64,000 nt of DNA from Eledone cirrhosa (Eukaryota): positions 131,626,001-131,690,000 of the forward strand of contig OZ024740.1 of the NCBI GenBank assembly GCA_964016885.1, written 5' to 3'. This document shows, one piece after another, positions 35,206-48,289 of this stretch. How positions within the stretch are numbered: the first letter of the stretch is position 1; the number at the start of each line of letters is the position of its first letter. The position numbers and the translations under genes were made by a program. The notes beneath the pieces are model-generated. The model ran no database searches. It was not told the origin of the DNA and saw only the letters and a program-made list of their open reading frames with translations.

Positions 35206-35319
35206 ATATATATATATGTAGTATAATAGAAGGAACTGTTTCTTTGTTTATTCATTATTTTTTTAATAACGCAACGTGCATTTTATCATAATATATATAC
35301 TATATATATTTGTTTTTAC

Positions 35320-35497
35320 TTTGGGCAGAAGGGTAGTAATTATCCCAGTACGTCACTGGTACTTTATTTGATTGATCCCTTAAGGATGAAAGGCAACGTT
35401 AACCTTGGTGGGATTTGAACTCAGAAGGTAAGGGAGCGTAACTATGCTGTAAAGCATGGCATGCGATCCTCTACCGATACTGCCAATTCACCGCCCT
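35320..35497 (-). mobile_element. tRNA-derived SINE (same family as 15554)
   Basis: Shared core and A/B boxes. Confidence 0.85.
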
Positions 35498-35498
35498 T

Positions 35499-35620
35499 GT
35501 GAAGACATGTGCATGAGTGGTTAGAGATTGGATTCACAATTATGATGTTGTGAGTTTGATTCCTGGCCCGCGCGATGTGTTATGTCCTTGAGCAAGACAC
35601 TTTATTTCACGTTGTTCCTT
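35499..35620 (+). mobile_element. Second tRNA-derived SINE head
   Basis: A-box-like AGTGGTTAG, B-box-like GAGTTTGATTCC, then TGTCCTTGAGCAAGACACTTTA. A related copy lies at ~58740-58960. Confidence 0.6.
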
Positions 35621-37149
35621 CTACCCGGAGTTGCGACCGATAGATAGTACTAGCAACTGGATAGACCGACGGAAGCATTGTTTTCACGGTCCGATTTGAC
35701 GAAAGTCGATCGATCCTTTTTTTATACTAGATAGGCGGATGCACTTTCGATAGGACTGAACAGTACTTTTAATACTTGGCACTTTCTTTGCAATATGTCT
35801 GCAGCGTTATGCACATACACACAACTAACGTAATAATAAATAAGAAGAGTTATTTTAGATAAATATGCAGGATTTATATTCAACTATTGGAAATGTAACC
35901 TTAATCGAACCACTCTCCTATCCAGATATTTATAAATTCTCGAATATTGTGTACAGGAATATACAATCCTGATTTCGCACGATTAATCTCATGTTTCCTG
36001 AATGTCATATTAGAAGAATCACTGTGATTACAACTCTGTTATTTTTCATATAAACATCAGTCAAAGTAAAATAGATACTACCATTTTGTACCATTTTTAC
36101 TGATGATAATTCTAAAACTAATTTGTTTCTCTGTTTATTTTTATATTAATTATCTTCAATGTGGTTGTGCTATTTATAAAGTCTCAAAGATTGGCGCCAG
36201 TGAAACATCGTATATTTACATGACGTCAGTACACACTAATACTTTCATCACTGCCAATGGTATAAACATGATGAATTCCAGTTAAATGTTTAGTGTTTCA
36301 TTCTGAAATATGTGTTTCTTGGTTTCAAGTGAGAGTTTAGTAAACATTTATTATGCATAATTTCCATTTTTTAAACATGAAATATAATTATTTATCCAAC
36401 GCCTACTTTTCTAAACACTGATTGGAAAATGAATAATGTAAAACTTAATAAATGACTGTGTGGTTGTTGTTTTTTTTTACCTCTGAAATACGATTTAATT
36501 TACAGCAACATATTCTACGCTCCATTGCTCTATTATCTAAATTATTTAAGAGAGGATGTTTCCATAAACACTGCTGGCAGTTATTCACCAGTGGGGCATC
36601 GAAATTGTATCTTCGGTTTGAAACTCTAGAACACATTAATTCTAGAGAAACATTTTTTCGACTGGTAAAAAATATTGGGAAAAATGATAATACTGTAGTT
36701 TCGGAAATATTACGTAGACATATGTTGTCAGAAGACTGTACTATGTGGTACTGGGGGAAAATACGGCTTGAGCGTATCTACAATTAAGATAAATATTAGG
36801 TGATATAAACAAAATGAAGAAAGTACCCGTATAAATTAATCAAGGACTTGTCTAATGAATTAATAAGCACACCGGCATGCGGCGAAAAATATGCCGAAAA
36901 ACATTATATACCTTAAAGTGTAACGTTTAATCAGTCATGAATGACACTTGTGGGGGCAGAGATATTGATAATTTTGCATTTATGAGCAAACAAAGATAAT
37001 ATTTATTACGTTAGAATATTTTCGTCTACTTGATGGAATATGAGCAAAATCTGGCGACACGAAAATCATTTCCGTATTGATGTGTAAGGAAACAATAAAG
37101 TTTAATTATATAAATATATTTCCGAAATACTGTACGTGATAGATCTGCT

Positions 37150-39485
37150 CTGCTAGATAACGTGCCGCAGGTTGCGGACAGTGATACGGCCACCAGATAT
37201 GATGGTTAGTTGCGATATAATTATGCTCTTCTCGGACAAGTATGCACCTCTGGTCGAAAGTGGTAAAATATTACGTGATATGGAGTGAGCAAAGTGTGAC
37301 ATTTAGCTCCTAAGATGTTTCACACAAACCATTGACTTAGCTAGACGGTGAGTAAGGGCTGCCTCTAAAATAACCTACACTTCGCGGGTCTGATTAAAGT
37401 ATGCACTATGATAACAATAAATAAAGGCAATCCTCTGCGTGGCATAATAAAGGACGCGTTCAGAGATTAGGTTGAGGTGTCTGAACTAAATCATACACTG
37501 GAACCTCACTTCATTGCTGCAAGACCAGGTAATGGACCTGCGATATGTTATGTGACACGAGAGATGGACGCACAAAGCTAGCGTTTCCAGTGACTCCAAA
37601 TGTTTCCTGAATAATGCAAACATTTTAGAATTGGGAACTGGAACGTTAAAACCATCAGAAGTAATAAGCAGAAACTAGTGTTGTAGGCAAGATGCTACTG
37701 ATTATACACAGTCGGAGTTTCCTCAACAAAGTTCCATGGTTCTGTAACTATAGATTAGGATGGAAGATACAAGATCCATATTCAGATGTTGCGCCAAAAA
37801 TAAACGCTGCACGTACAGAAGATGGGGTACTCATGAGCCGGTGGCTGACAGAATGTGCTATGAACTGCGTCCCTTTTGGAGGAGGATTTTGTTCTTGAAA
37901 CTTAGGCGGAAAAAGTGGTTCCTGTGCTTGGTGCAAATTTATGACCCAAACACAGACTCTAAATAGAAATATTTATTTGATGAAATTACTGCAATAAACA
38001 TGATTACGCAGTGCACCTGGTATGGAGTAACTGCAAGGAACATCAATACCGATCTAAACATAAATGGAGAGGCCTTATTAGACTTCAATTCTAGTTATGG
38101 TTCTAGTACTTTGAATACCATCCTCCAGGACAAATACATTCATCAATATACAAGTATTCTCTGCTGGATGTTCGTGTTCAGAAAGGGTCCGCGCTTTCAA
38201 GCGACCACCATCTAGTTTTCTGAACCTAGATAATACTTAGAACCAGAAAGGCCCACACAACTGGCTGATTAAGCTCGAGCTACAGAATAAAGTGGGAAGA
38301 GCAAGTGTGTGAAAACGCCAGGACCAAAATTAAGACATGCTAGAATGTTATGGCCAGACTGGAATCCAACGTCTGATTAGCAACTATATTATTCTGGTTG
38401 ACTATCCACCGACTTCATAATACAATTCCAATTCCTCGCTTGCTATCAGAAAAAAACGTATGTGATGCTCTTCCCTTGCTGGAATTCTTACATAGCTGAT
38501 CACCTAAAAAGGTTACACCTGAATATGCTGATGCGATGCACCGACTGGTCATTTGTGAGCGTTGATTAAAAATTTCGATTCTAAGGTCACAATTGCAATT
38601 AAATACCTCACATTCTACAGAGTAGCTGGGAGGATGTAATTTGACCTCAGATTATAAAAGTATTAAAAATAAAAAAAGGTATTCTCTCTATGATTCATGA
38701 GAACAGCATTACTAAAAAGGAATTTAGTTGATTGGAATCTGAAGTGGTAAACCCGAATCTCAACAAGTGCGACAGTAAGGATTACTCCAATTATAGAGGG
38801 ATTGCCTTTTTTAGCCTCGCCGGTAAAGTATATGTGAATTATCTGGTAAAGAGCTGTAGAAGATTGTCGAGTCAAAACTAGCCGATGAATAGTGGAGTAT
38901 TCTCTTGGATGCAGCACGGCCGATCAAATACTTTCACTGTGGCAGGTCTCTGAATAATCGTGTGAGTATTGTCAATAGTTTTATGCTCGTTTCGTAGACA
39001 TTTAAAAGGCTCTCGACCGTGTCCTAAGGGATGCGTTGAGGAATGTCCTGCAGGGCACTGGAATCTATGGACAGCTGGAGGTAACACTGATGTCTCTGCC
39101 ATTTGTGTCCGGATAGATGATGGTACATTGAAACAATTCTATCTGGGTGGCGGTTTCCGCAAGGGTGCGTATTTTCAACTCTCCTGTTCATAATGTTCCT
39201 GAACAAGATCGACATACACAGTCATTTTGGAAGTGGTACCAAGATTGGTGTGTGTAGGATTACTTGGAATGAATTTTAAGACGATATGGTATTACTTACA
39301 TGGACAGAAGTTGCATTCCGACATTGATATTATAGGTTTTCTGCGGAGTGCTGCATGCAAGAATGAAGATCATTGCTCTAAACACTGTGTCATTTGTTCT
39401 CTAATGGAATCCTCTGCAGAGCGCTCTAAATGTGAGTGTAGATCCACTGAAGAAAGTGGAGAAGTTCAGGTGTCTTAGGGTTGTG
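37150..39485 (+). mobile_element. Highly decayed RTE-clade LINE
   Basis: RIGNWNVKT (37626), LCLVQIYDP, NYRGIA...AGKVY (38789) and a GxRQGCV-like motif followed by LLFIMFLNK (~39150). Confidence 0.8.
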
Positions 39486-40002
39486 TTCGGTTGAATGAAT
39501 TAAGTGCAATTATATTAGTTTATATTTTAGTTGTGCTTACTGTCATTGCGGCGGGAGCGGCGGTGTTCTAGCTAGTACGCACTGGTAGTGGTAGAATATA
39601 TAATTAATTAGAAAGGCTTGGGTGTCATTCCCTTTGAGGTCCTTTACACACCGTTCAGTTGTGGTTAGGCTTTCGTTGGTGATGTTCTTGTTGTTACTGT
39701 TACTGGTGCTGTTTTTGGTGTTGTAGATTTTGTTGCTGCTGTTCCCATTACCTTATGAATTTTGGCTGTTCCATTTTAGCAGCGGAAGTAAGGCTTTTGT
39801 CCCCCATCTTTATTTTAAGAAAGAATTGAGCAATGTGTTTGATAAACAAGCATGGGCTTACCAAGTAATTGCTACATATAAGGAAATAACCTACCCCCCC
39901 CCCCACCGATGTTCTTCTAATTTAGTAATGGAAATAATAACAAATTTACAGAAGGGATCTGCACCACATATCGAGAGATTCAACAACAAAGATAATAATA
40001 AT

Positions 40003-40283
40003 CGTTTCTACTTTTGGCACACGGCCAGCAATTATCCCAGTGGTGCTTTATTTTATCGAACTAGTAAGGATGAAACGCAATGTTATCCTCAGCGGGATTC
40101 GAACTCAGACCAGAAGTGGACGTAATAATAATGGTTTCTTATATAGACACAAGGCCAGCAATTTTTTTTTTGGGGGGGGGAGATTAAATCGACCCTACTG
40201 CGTTACTAGTACTTTAGGGCCGTAACTCTATGCTGCAAAGCATGGTGTTCGATCCTCTATCGATACTGCCAACCACCGCCCTC
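40003..40283 (-). mobile_element. Two nested/adjacent SINE copies
   Basis: Same family as 15554. AGTGGACGTAATAATAAT is duplicated at ~40115 and ~40284. Confidence 0.8.
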
Positions 40284-41259
40284 AGTGGACGTAATAATAA
40301 TAATAACGCTAATAATGATAATAATAATAAAGAAATTATGATATTTTACTAAGAAGCTCTAAATTAGGGATTGTTACTGTTATGCAAAACATTGGAAGGC
40401 GTATTATCAATGATAAATACTATGGTTGATGGCGATAAACAGAGACACTTAATTTCATTTTCGCATAAATGGCCCGAGACCCAGCACGTTGTATAAATAA
40501 CATCTGACAGATAAATATCAATACTTCAGTAATAATAAGTCTTAAAGAAGCTGTTAGTCATCACTTAGGTTAATTACACCGCACGTTATTCAATATACTG
40601 TAAGCCTTTAAATGTTTTATTACTTAATTCTCTCGTTTATTTAGTGATGTTATGTTAGGGCTGTAACATTTTATTTCATTACGTATACTAAATTACTGTA
40701 CTGAATAATATTTCCAGGTTCAATTGTATCAAACTAAAGTACGGACATTCGTATTATCCACAACAGAAACACTTACAGAATTACTTTCCTCAATATATGG
40801 CTGCAAATGCTTGAAACATTTCGCTCTGTACAAATATACACTATTAGATTTGCAAAACAAACAGAAACGTTTAGAAAGCCCAGCTGAAATGCTTATTCAT
40901 TTGATGTCAAATCTCACGAGACAGAATGGCTTCATCAAAACTAAAAGATGACTAAACAGACAGCTGGCCGACATGTAAATCTGCAAACATCAAATCTAAT
41001 TAACAAAATAAAATGATAGGTTTATAATGGGTCCTATAATTATGCATAGTAGGTAGGTTGAATTAGCGACAGCATAATGAACATAAATCCTCTGAGTAAC
41101 GCACACACACGCACATACACACACACACAGACACACAAACACACACATATATATATACATATAAATATATATATATATATGTATGTTTATATGTAAGTAG
41201 TATATATATATATGTGTTTTATGTATTTGTACATATATTATATACATAAATATATATAA

Positions 41260-41293
<34 letters not shown>

Positions 41294-41484
41294 GGATAAA
41301 TATATATAAATGTATATATATATATATATATATTAGAAAGTGAGGTTTTTTTTACAAAATGAAAAATAACCGAGGTGTCCTACACGAGTGAAAGAAAAAA
41401 AGATGAAATCGAAAATGCAACTGGAGTCTTTCGATTTCATCTTTTTTTCTTTATATATATATATACACACACACATACACACAG

Positions 41485-41532
<48 letters not shown>

Positions 41533-41923
41533 GTGGGGATTCTTGTTTGTATGTTCGCACGCGTGTGAGTGTATATAAATATAATTTCGTAATTTTGTAA
41601 TACTGATCAAATGTGAAGCAATAAGTAAATGAGTAGTATGTATTTGAATATATACTAAATAATGCAAATTACATTTCGCTTATAGCTTTTATAATTACAC
41701 ATCCATCATTATCACTCCCTCTCACTAGCCCACACTTTCACCATTTTTATTCATAAAATTCATATAAATGGACACACCCGTATATATATGTATAAACTTA
41801 AGGTAAATATTGATGCAATTCATTGAAGCAATCAACGTACTCTTTCCACATAGGAGTAACGGAGTATATTTAGAAAAAGATAATGCGAAGTCGGTTAAGA
41901 CGTTAAAGTTATTTAATGATAAT

Positions 41924-42001
41924 GCTGTGATACATATTTCAATGACGACAGTGACCACACGCTGCTTCAGTGTACCCAGTACTGTGACATCATCAGACAG
42001 C
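41924..42001 (-). ncRNA. Type I hammerhead ribozyme downstream of the CRE ORF
   Basis: GCTGT-CTGATGA-long stem II-GAAA-TATGTA-TC-ACAGC. An inverted copy at 45070-45144 has CTGATAA. Confidence 0.7.
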
Positions 42002-42171
42002 TTCTTACATAATAATGTTATGTTCCCGAGCCAATCCAAATTGAATCCAAAAGGGAACGGGCGAACGATTCAAGAAAACACGCTTTGTTCGTTTCCTTGT
42101 CAACTCAATTTGGATTGCCTCGGGAACATAACCTTATTTTGGAAATTGTATTAACATTTCTAGATATATAA

Positions 42172-45060
42172 CTAATGTATTGGAACGCGATGGGGCCCAC
42201 CCACAGCCCCGGCGGACAGAATGGAGAAGGCGTTTCCCCGGAGGACGGCAAGGGAGACGCGCTGGAAAAGCCAATCGAACTCGCGGGGCTCACACCTGCG
42301 GCTGGCCATGGTGGTGAGTAAGGAGGTAGCCCTGGGGCCGAGGCCACCAGAAGTTTCCACTGCCAGGGGAACGACCGCAAACCTGTCGGAGAGCCACCGG
42401 TATTTGAGGAGTTTGGCCCACTCAGCAGCAGAACCTGGGTCAGTCGCAGACTGCGCCAGGTTGCGGCTGCAGAAAGTGTCGGTGCAAATGGCATCCCGGA
42501 CGAGGGGTTTGCCACTACGGAACGGGAAGATGGTCATGCAATCTGGCCTTTTGCCGTCCTATCGATCCAGCCCCACCGGCTCGAGCTGGGAAGGAAGCCT
42601 GCAGCGTCCAAGCCATGCTTAATGATCTCGTTGAGGGCAGTATGGTGTGGAATGCGGCCGGCACTGTGGCGACAGGAAAGCGGATGGAGGCTGAAAGAGT
42701 CCACGGTAGAACCACAGCGACATTGGTGGGGCTGGCAGAACCGGAGGCCGAGCCTCAGGGAAACACCGATTCGCAGGATATGGTTGTCTAGTTGCGTGCC
42801 AGTGGAGAAGGAAGGCATGGCATGGAGCCAGGCACCACTGTGGAGATTGGAGGCCGCACGAAAACAAGCAAGGCGGTGTTGGTCGAGCTGGCGCCTGAGC
42901 CTGTCTGAGGCCAGGCTGCACTGGATGGCATCCGAAGTGCGTTGGGGGGACTTTACGTCAACAGGGGGAGAAGGAGGAGGAACGTCTACTGGGCTAAGTC
43001 CCAGCCGGTCTCACGTCTCACAGGCGGTTCTGTTGTGTTTAGAAAAACCCTCCTGAGGAGGACGCGGTACGAGGTTAACGATGAAAGATACGCCGGCAAA
43101 GCTAGTAAGATCAGGGTCCCGAGGCCTAAGCCGACATACCTGACCGGTAAAGTGGCCTGTTGCCACTCTATGTCGTCAAACTTGACATTGCATATGCTGC
43201 TCGGATACAAATATAGAGGTCAACGAGGAGAGATGTCTGGGTGTAGCATGGAGCGCTGCGGAGTGCATAGAGGAGCTTCGGCATGGCGAAGCAGTTCCTC
43301 AGCAGAAAGAGAGCCGGGTGGCCGTCAATCAAACCCAGTCGGCTCGTGACAGTCTGGAGCTGTTGAAGCCTGGACATGATGGTGGAGCGGATGGCTGGCG
43401 GTGACCCGAGGATGAGGAAATCCCCTTTGGTGGTCACCTGAACCTGGCGGAGAATTGACCGCACGACCAAGACGGAGGCTGCAAAGCTCGAAGCATCGAG
43501 GCTGACGTTCACCGCCTCCGATTTGGCCGAGTTGACCTGGAGGCCGATTCCCGCCAGAGCAGGAATCACCGATTGAAGGTATTTGCAGACCCTCCGTACG
43601 GGCCCGCCTAACGTAGCATCATCAAGATATCGAACGTTGAGAGGGGCCGTGATACTCCGTGCGTTGTGGTCAATACCAAGGGCTAACAGTAGGGGTCACA
43701 AAGGGTCGCCCTGTTGGACCCCAGGTATGACCGTATCAGCAGCTAGGAGCATGCTCGGGCCTCCATTTGACAGGTAGGCCAGAGGGTAGGCACAGGGGGC
43801 TCGGCTGAGGCAGGCCTTGAGCAGATGATCCTGGCGTAAAGAGTTAAAGGCATTCCTCATGTCAAGCTTGACAATGGGGTGCCTGGAGTCCCTGGATGCC
43901 CGTACCGATAGAAGCTGCTGAAGAACTGCCTGATTGCATGAGAGGCTCCCTCACAGCCACCGTACACGCGGACACCCAGTTGCACCAGACTAAACTCCTC
44001 ACCCAGTTCGTGTGTGACGGACTTGCAGATCACCTTGGCAGCCAGCCTCCGGAAGACATCGCCCACAGCAATGGGGCGTATGCCACCCTCTTTCTTCCTG
44101 AGAGCGGTGAGGCTGGCCGAAAAAAAGAGACCTCGGGCGTAAGGGTCGAGGTCACCATGAATGAGCCTATTGGTGACCGCCACAATTGCACTCAGAAGGT
44201 GGCGCCCCGTCTCAGCGGAGAGGGGGGATGTCAACTCCACGAGGTGGCCTGGTCGGAGACTATCAACACCTCCGCAGCTGCTAGCTGAAAAGGACCTCAT
44301 GGCAGACATGATATCTGCATCAGTAGCCACAAGGAGCAGGTGGGGGTCGGGTGGGGTTATGGGTCTGAGATCATTGGGTGGCTCAGAGTGTTCGAGCTGC
44401 AGAGCAGCCAGGATCTCCTCGGTGGGTTGGAGGACAGTGTCCTCTGAGGAAACAACTCTGTCTGGGTCCGACACATCACCCATGTTAATCTTTGCGTTTA
44501 CCTGGTCACGCAAACGCTTGCCGCTGGCCTCGGGGGTGGAGGATAGGCGGTACCTGAGGTTGGGGTGTGTGGCGTCCCTGGGTACGCTTGAAATGGGCGC
44601 TCGCCCAAATGACGAGACATTGGCCTTGACGAAGGCTGCTGTTGACCGGCCGCCCCGGAAAGCGCCAGAGCTGTGGTAGCCAGGGGCGAGTGGCGCGAAA
44701 TAGAACAGCCGCTTCCAGTCACTAGCTCGATTGGTGTCCAGCGCGCTCTCAATCGAGGAAGCGAGGGCATCGGCTACCGGCACCCGTGCCGCTCTCGGGA
44801 TCCTGAGTGGGATCTTTCGGAGCCGCCTGAGCCGAGCGATGTTGACAGCGAGGCTCGGGCGTCTGGTAAGCTCGCTGTCCCATCTGGTGGTGTGCCAGAC
44901 GGCCATGGCTGGGAAGACGTGGGCAGCTCCTGCCCCTCCCCGCTACGAGAGCATTGGAAGCTCGACGGGTCAAGCCAACTGAGGTAAGGTGGTGGAAGCA
45001 GCCGCACCCCAAACAGTTCCGGCCCCTCTTCCGTTTGTTAGTGGTGCCGCAATTGCTGCT
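42172..45060 (-). mobile_element. CRE-clade non-LTR retrotransposon (RT + zinc knuckle + restriction-like endonuclease), frameshifted
   Basis: GGIRPIAVGDVFRRLAAK, QLGV..GGCEG..HAIR, KLDMRNAFNS, QQGDPL.PLL, YLDDATLGG, CRCG..VD...HPLSC, RPD.MTIFPF..GKPLV.D, PLAVETSGGLG and LFQRVSLAVLRGNA. GC-rich relative to the flanks. Confidence 0.9.
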
Positions 45061-45202
45061 TTGTAAGAAGCTGTCTGATAATGTCACGGCACTGGGTTCA
45101 CCGAAGCGTGTGGCCACTGTCGTCATTGAAATATGTATCACAGCATTATCATTAAATGACTTTAACATCTGAAACTACTTCGCATTTTCTTATTTTATAT
45201 AG

Positions 45203-45234
<32 letters not shown>

Positions 45235-45569
45235 TAATATGTATAGTATTGTGTGGAAATATACTGTAATATTTAATTAAAAACATTTAGAAGTCCATTC
45301 GCTCTGAGTTTTAAACTAGAGACTACGTCACTTACTTATTCTCTGCAAAAACAATAGAGAGCGTCCGATAGACAATCTGTTTCTCGCTTCTCAAGGCCGC
45401 ACACTTAGTTGCATTTGCCGAGAATTATAGAGGCTGGATTTTTATAGAATTCCAGTAATAAACAGGAGGTGATTAAACAGAGCGATTGCCGGTTCAACAA
45501 AAATTAGTTATTAGTATCGGTGCTTTGAAATAGGGATGTATATATAGTATATTTGCCAATATGTATATA

Positions 45570-45702
<133 letters not shown>

Positions 45703-46512
45703 TTTATGGTAGCTATGATGCTTCCATGGGCGGTATGCCAGTTGAGCACTCTATGTTCTTACAGAGCAGAGTGTGATATAATATAAAACGAAAAATCAGT
45801 GATGCATCTAGACTCAATTTATTGTGTGTTACAATTGTTTCGCTGGCAGTTAGCTCGAGACCACGATCATTGTATTGATTTGTCTGATTCTAGAACTGCG
45901 GGTTCTTCGGACACATGCAATGCTTTCGGAACAAATTTTTTCAATGGTTTGTTAGCTTCAAAAGACAATTTCAAAAAACCTCTTCCACTCTTGTCTTGCT
46001 ATTGGCTATTGTTTTCCTACGTCTTCATAAATTCTGGTCAATATTTGCTACCACACTGGCCATCAGCTACTCTCCGTCCGACACAATTCAATGGACTCAT
46101 GCTGCGTTTGGGATCTCACAAGTCCGCTCACACTCACAAATATATAACCACACATACACACAGACATATAATTACACATACACATACGCACAAACGCAGA
46201 TACATACATATATATGCATACACATATGTACGCACACATATGTAGATATACACACCCATATACATATACACACACAACCTCCCTCTCTTACACACATCCG
46301 CACACACCCACAAACCTATACACACCAACACACACGTCTTGGCGCCTGCCTATATACACCCATACATCCGGTCTCACACGCACGCGCGCACATACGCACA
46401 CACGTACACGCATACAAGGACACATATATGTGTGAGTGTGTGCGGACTTGTGAGATACCAAACCCAGCATGAGTCCATTGAAGTGTGACGGACGGAGAGT
46501 AGCATATACATA

Positions 46513-46581
<69 letters not shown>

Positions 46582-46699
46582 CTGGCCGAAGAGAGTTACA
46601 CCAATATACCTCCTAAATGCCATGATAATGTCATTGTATCTCATACAATGACATTACCTTGGCATTTAGGAGGTATATTAGTTTAACTCTCTTCCACGA

Positions 46700-47760
46700 G
46701 CACTATACAGACAGTTGGGACCGCTTCTCAAGGAAGGAGCCATCACCATACTTGCACACCGCATCGGGTATACCGTCAACATAAGGAGCCCTGTGTATTT
46801 TCTGGTGGTTGACTGCAGGCCTTACTTTCTCTGGTAGGTTGGGGCATCTAGCTCACTTTTGACTTACTGCTGTGAGATATTGTTTACCGAAGCCTCTGCT
46901 ACCAAGCGTTTGTCTCAAAGCGGGTTGCTGTAGTGTTCACTCGAGCGGTTCAGGATGGCCCCTTATGTCTGTGAGCAGTTTTGATCCATCTGCTGAACGG
47001 AGAGGGGCTTTGACTTTGTGAATGGGGCCATAGACTTACCTAATTGCGCGATACAAGGCTCTGGTTTTGCTAGTACCTGCATAGTCCTGTATTCTCACGG
47101 ACTTATCTGTCTACAATTACTGTGGATCTCTCTAAGCTTCCTCTTTAAAATGCTGCATGTATGTCGACAAGTCTGACTGGCTATTCGGGTTCGACAGTAC
47201 TTTTTCGTGTCCATAGCGTTTCTCGTCAACGAGTTTTGGATAACATCATCATTCTCGTAGAACCAAACTTTGTTCTTTCTTGTAGAGAAACTCACCACAT
47301 CTGCTGATGCGGGGAAGCAATCAAAACATTGATTTCCCTGAATTGTGGGCACCTTTCTTCAGTGTGAGCTTCACTGTCAATCTGGGACTTGATCGTAGGA
47401 GGTGGTGGTCAGTGTAGAATTAAGTACTGAGCATAATTATGGTGTGCAGCACATCTTTCGTATCTCTCTGAAGCACATGGTTATAATGCAGTTGGTGCCA
47501 CTGCTTAGAGTGCTTCCGTATTTTTTTTAACCTGCTTTCAGTTGTTGAAAGAAAATGTTTGTGATGGGTGCTCATAGCATAGCTCAAGTTGCATTCGACC
47601 GTTATTTTTGCAGTTGCCTATCCCATGTCGGCCCAGCACGCCAGACCAACTGGGATGGTTAAAGTGGCCCATGATGACGATTTTCTCAGAGTCGTTCACT
47701 TCAAACAATCAGCCTGTAATTTCCACATAAAAGACCTTTCCTTTTATCTTTCATTATCAA
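46700..47760 (-). mobile_element. Decayed RTE/BovB-like LINE fragment (APE and linker)
   Basis: KIVIMGHFN..WSGVLGRHGIGNCKNNG, WFYENDDVIQ, ALYRAI..VYGP and APLRSADGSKLLTD. Confidence 0.75.
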
Positions 47761-48199
47761 ATTGTATTTCCTTCAAACTTCCAGTGTGACACCTTGTTAT
47801 AGCCAATCTTTTAGATGATTCTCTCGTCTTTCATGGACACTTTTCAACCAGAATATTTGGATCCAATCCGACCCAAGAGATTTCTCCTCTCTTTTAGCCT
47901 ATTTCCATATTCATCTATACAATGCATCCTTTTACCTAGATCTTTTCTGATCTGAGATGTATTCCTATGTAATCTTATCTTAAATCAGGGACCCTTACAT
48001 GTCATCTTTCCTGATTGTTTATACCTAATCACTCACCCACAAGAAACTCTGCAGCGCTAATTAATTTTCTCAAATCGGTGAATCGATTTGCTTCTATATA
48101 CGTCATTTTACGCTTTGTTTTGCTGTTTCTGTTGCTAAACGACATCTATCTATATTTCAAAGATACGGAAATACCTTATTGATTCCAGGATCATTATCG

Positions 48200-48231
<32 letters not shown>

Positions 48232-48289
48232 GCTTTTATTTTTGTTGTTGTTATTATTATTATATTTATAATAAGGTGTAGGATTTGCA

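Noticed and set aside
42221-44987. Plus-strand ORFs over the CRE element
   Set aside because: Antisense shadow ORFs of GC-rich coding sequence
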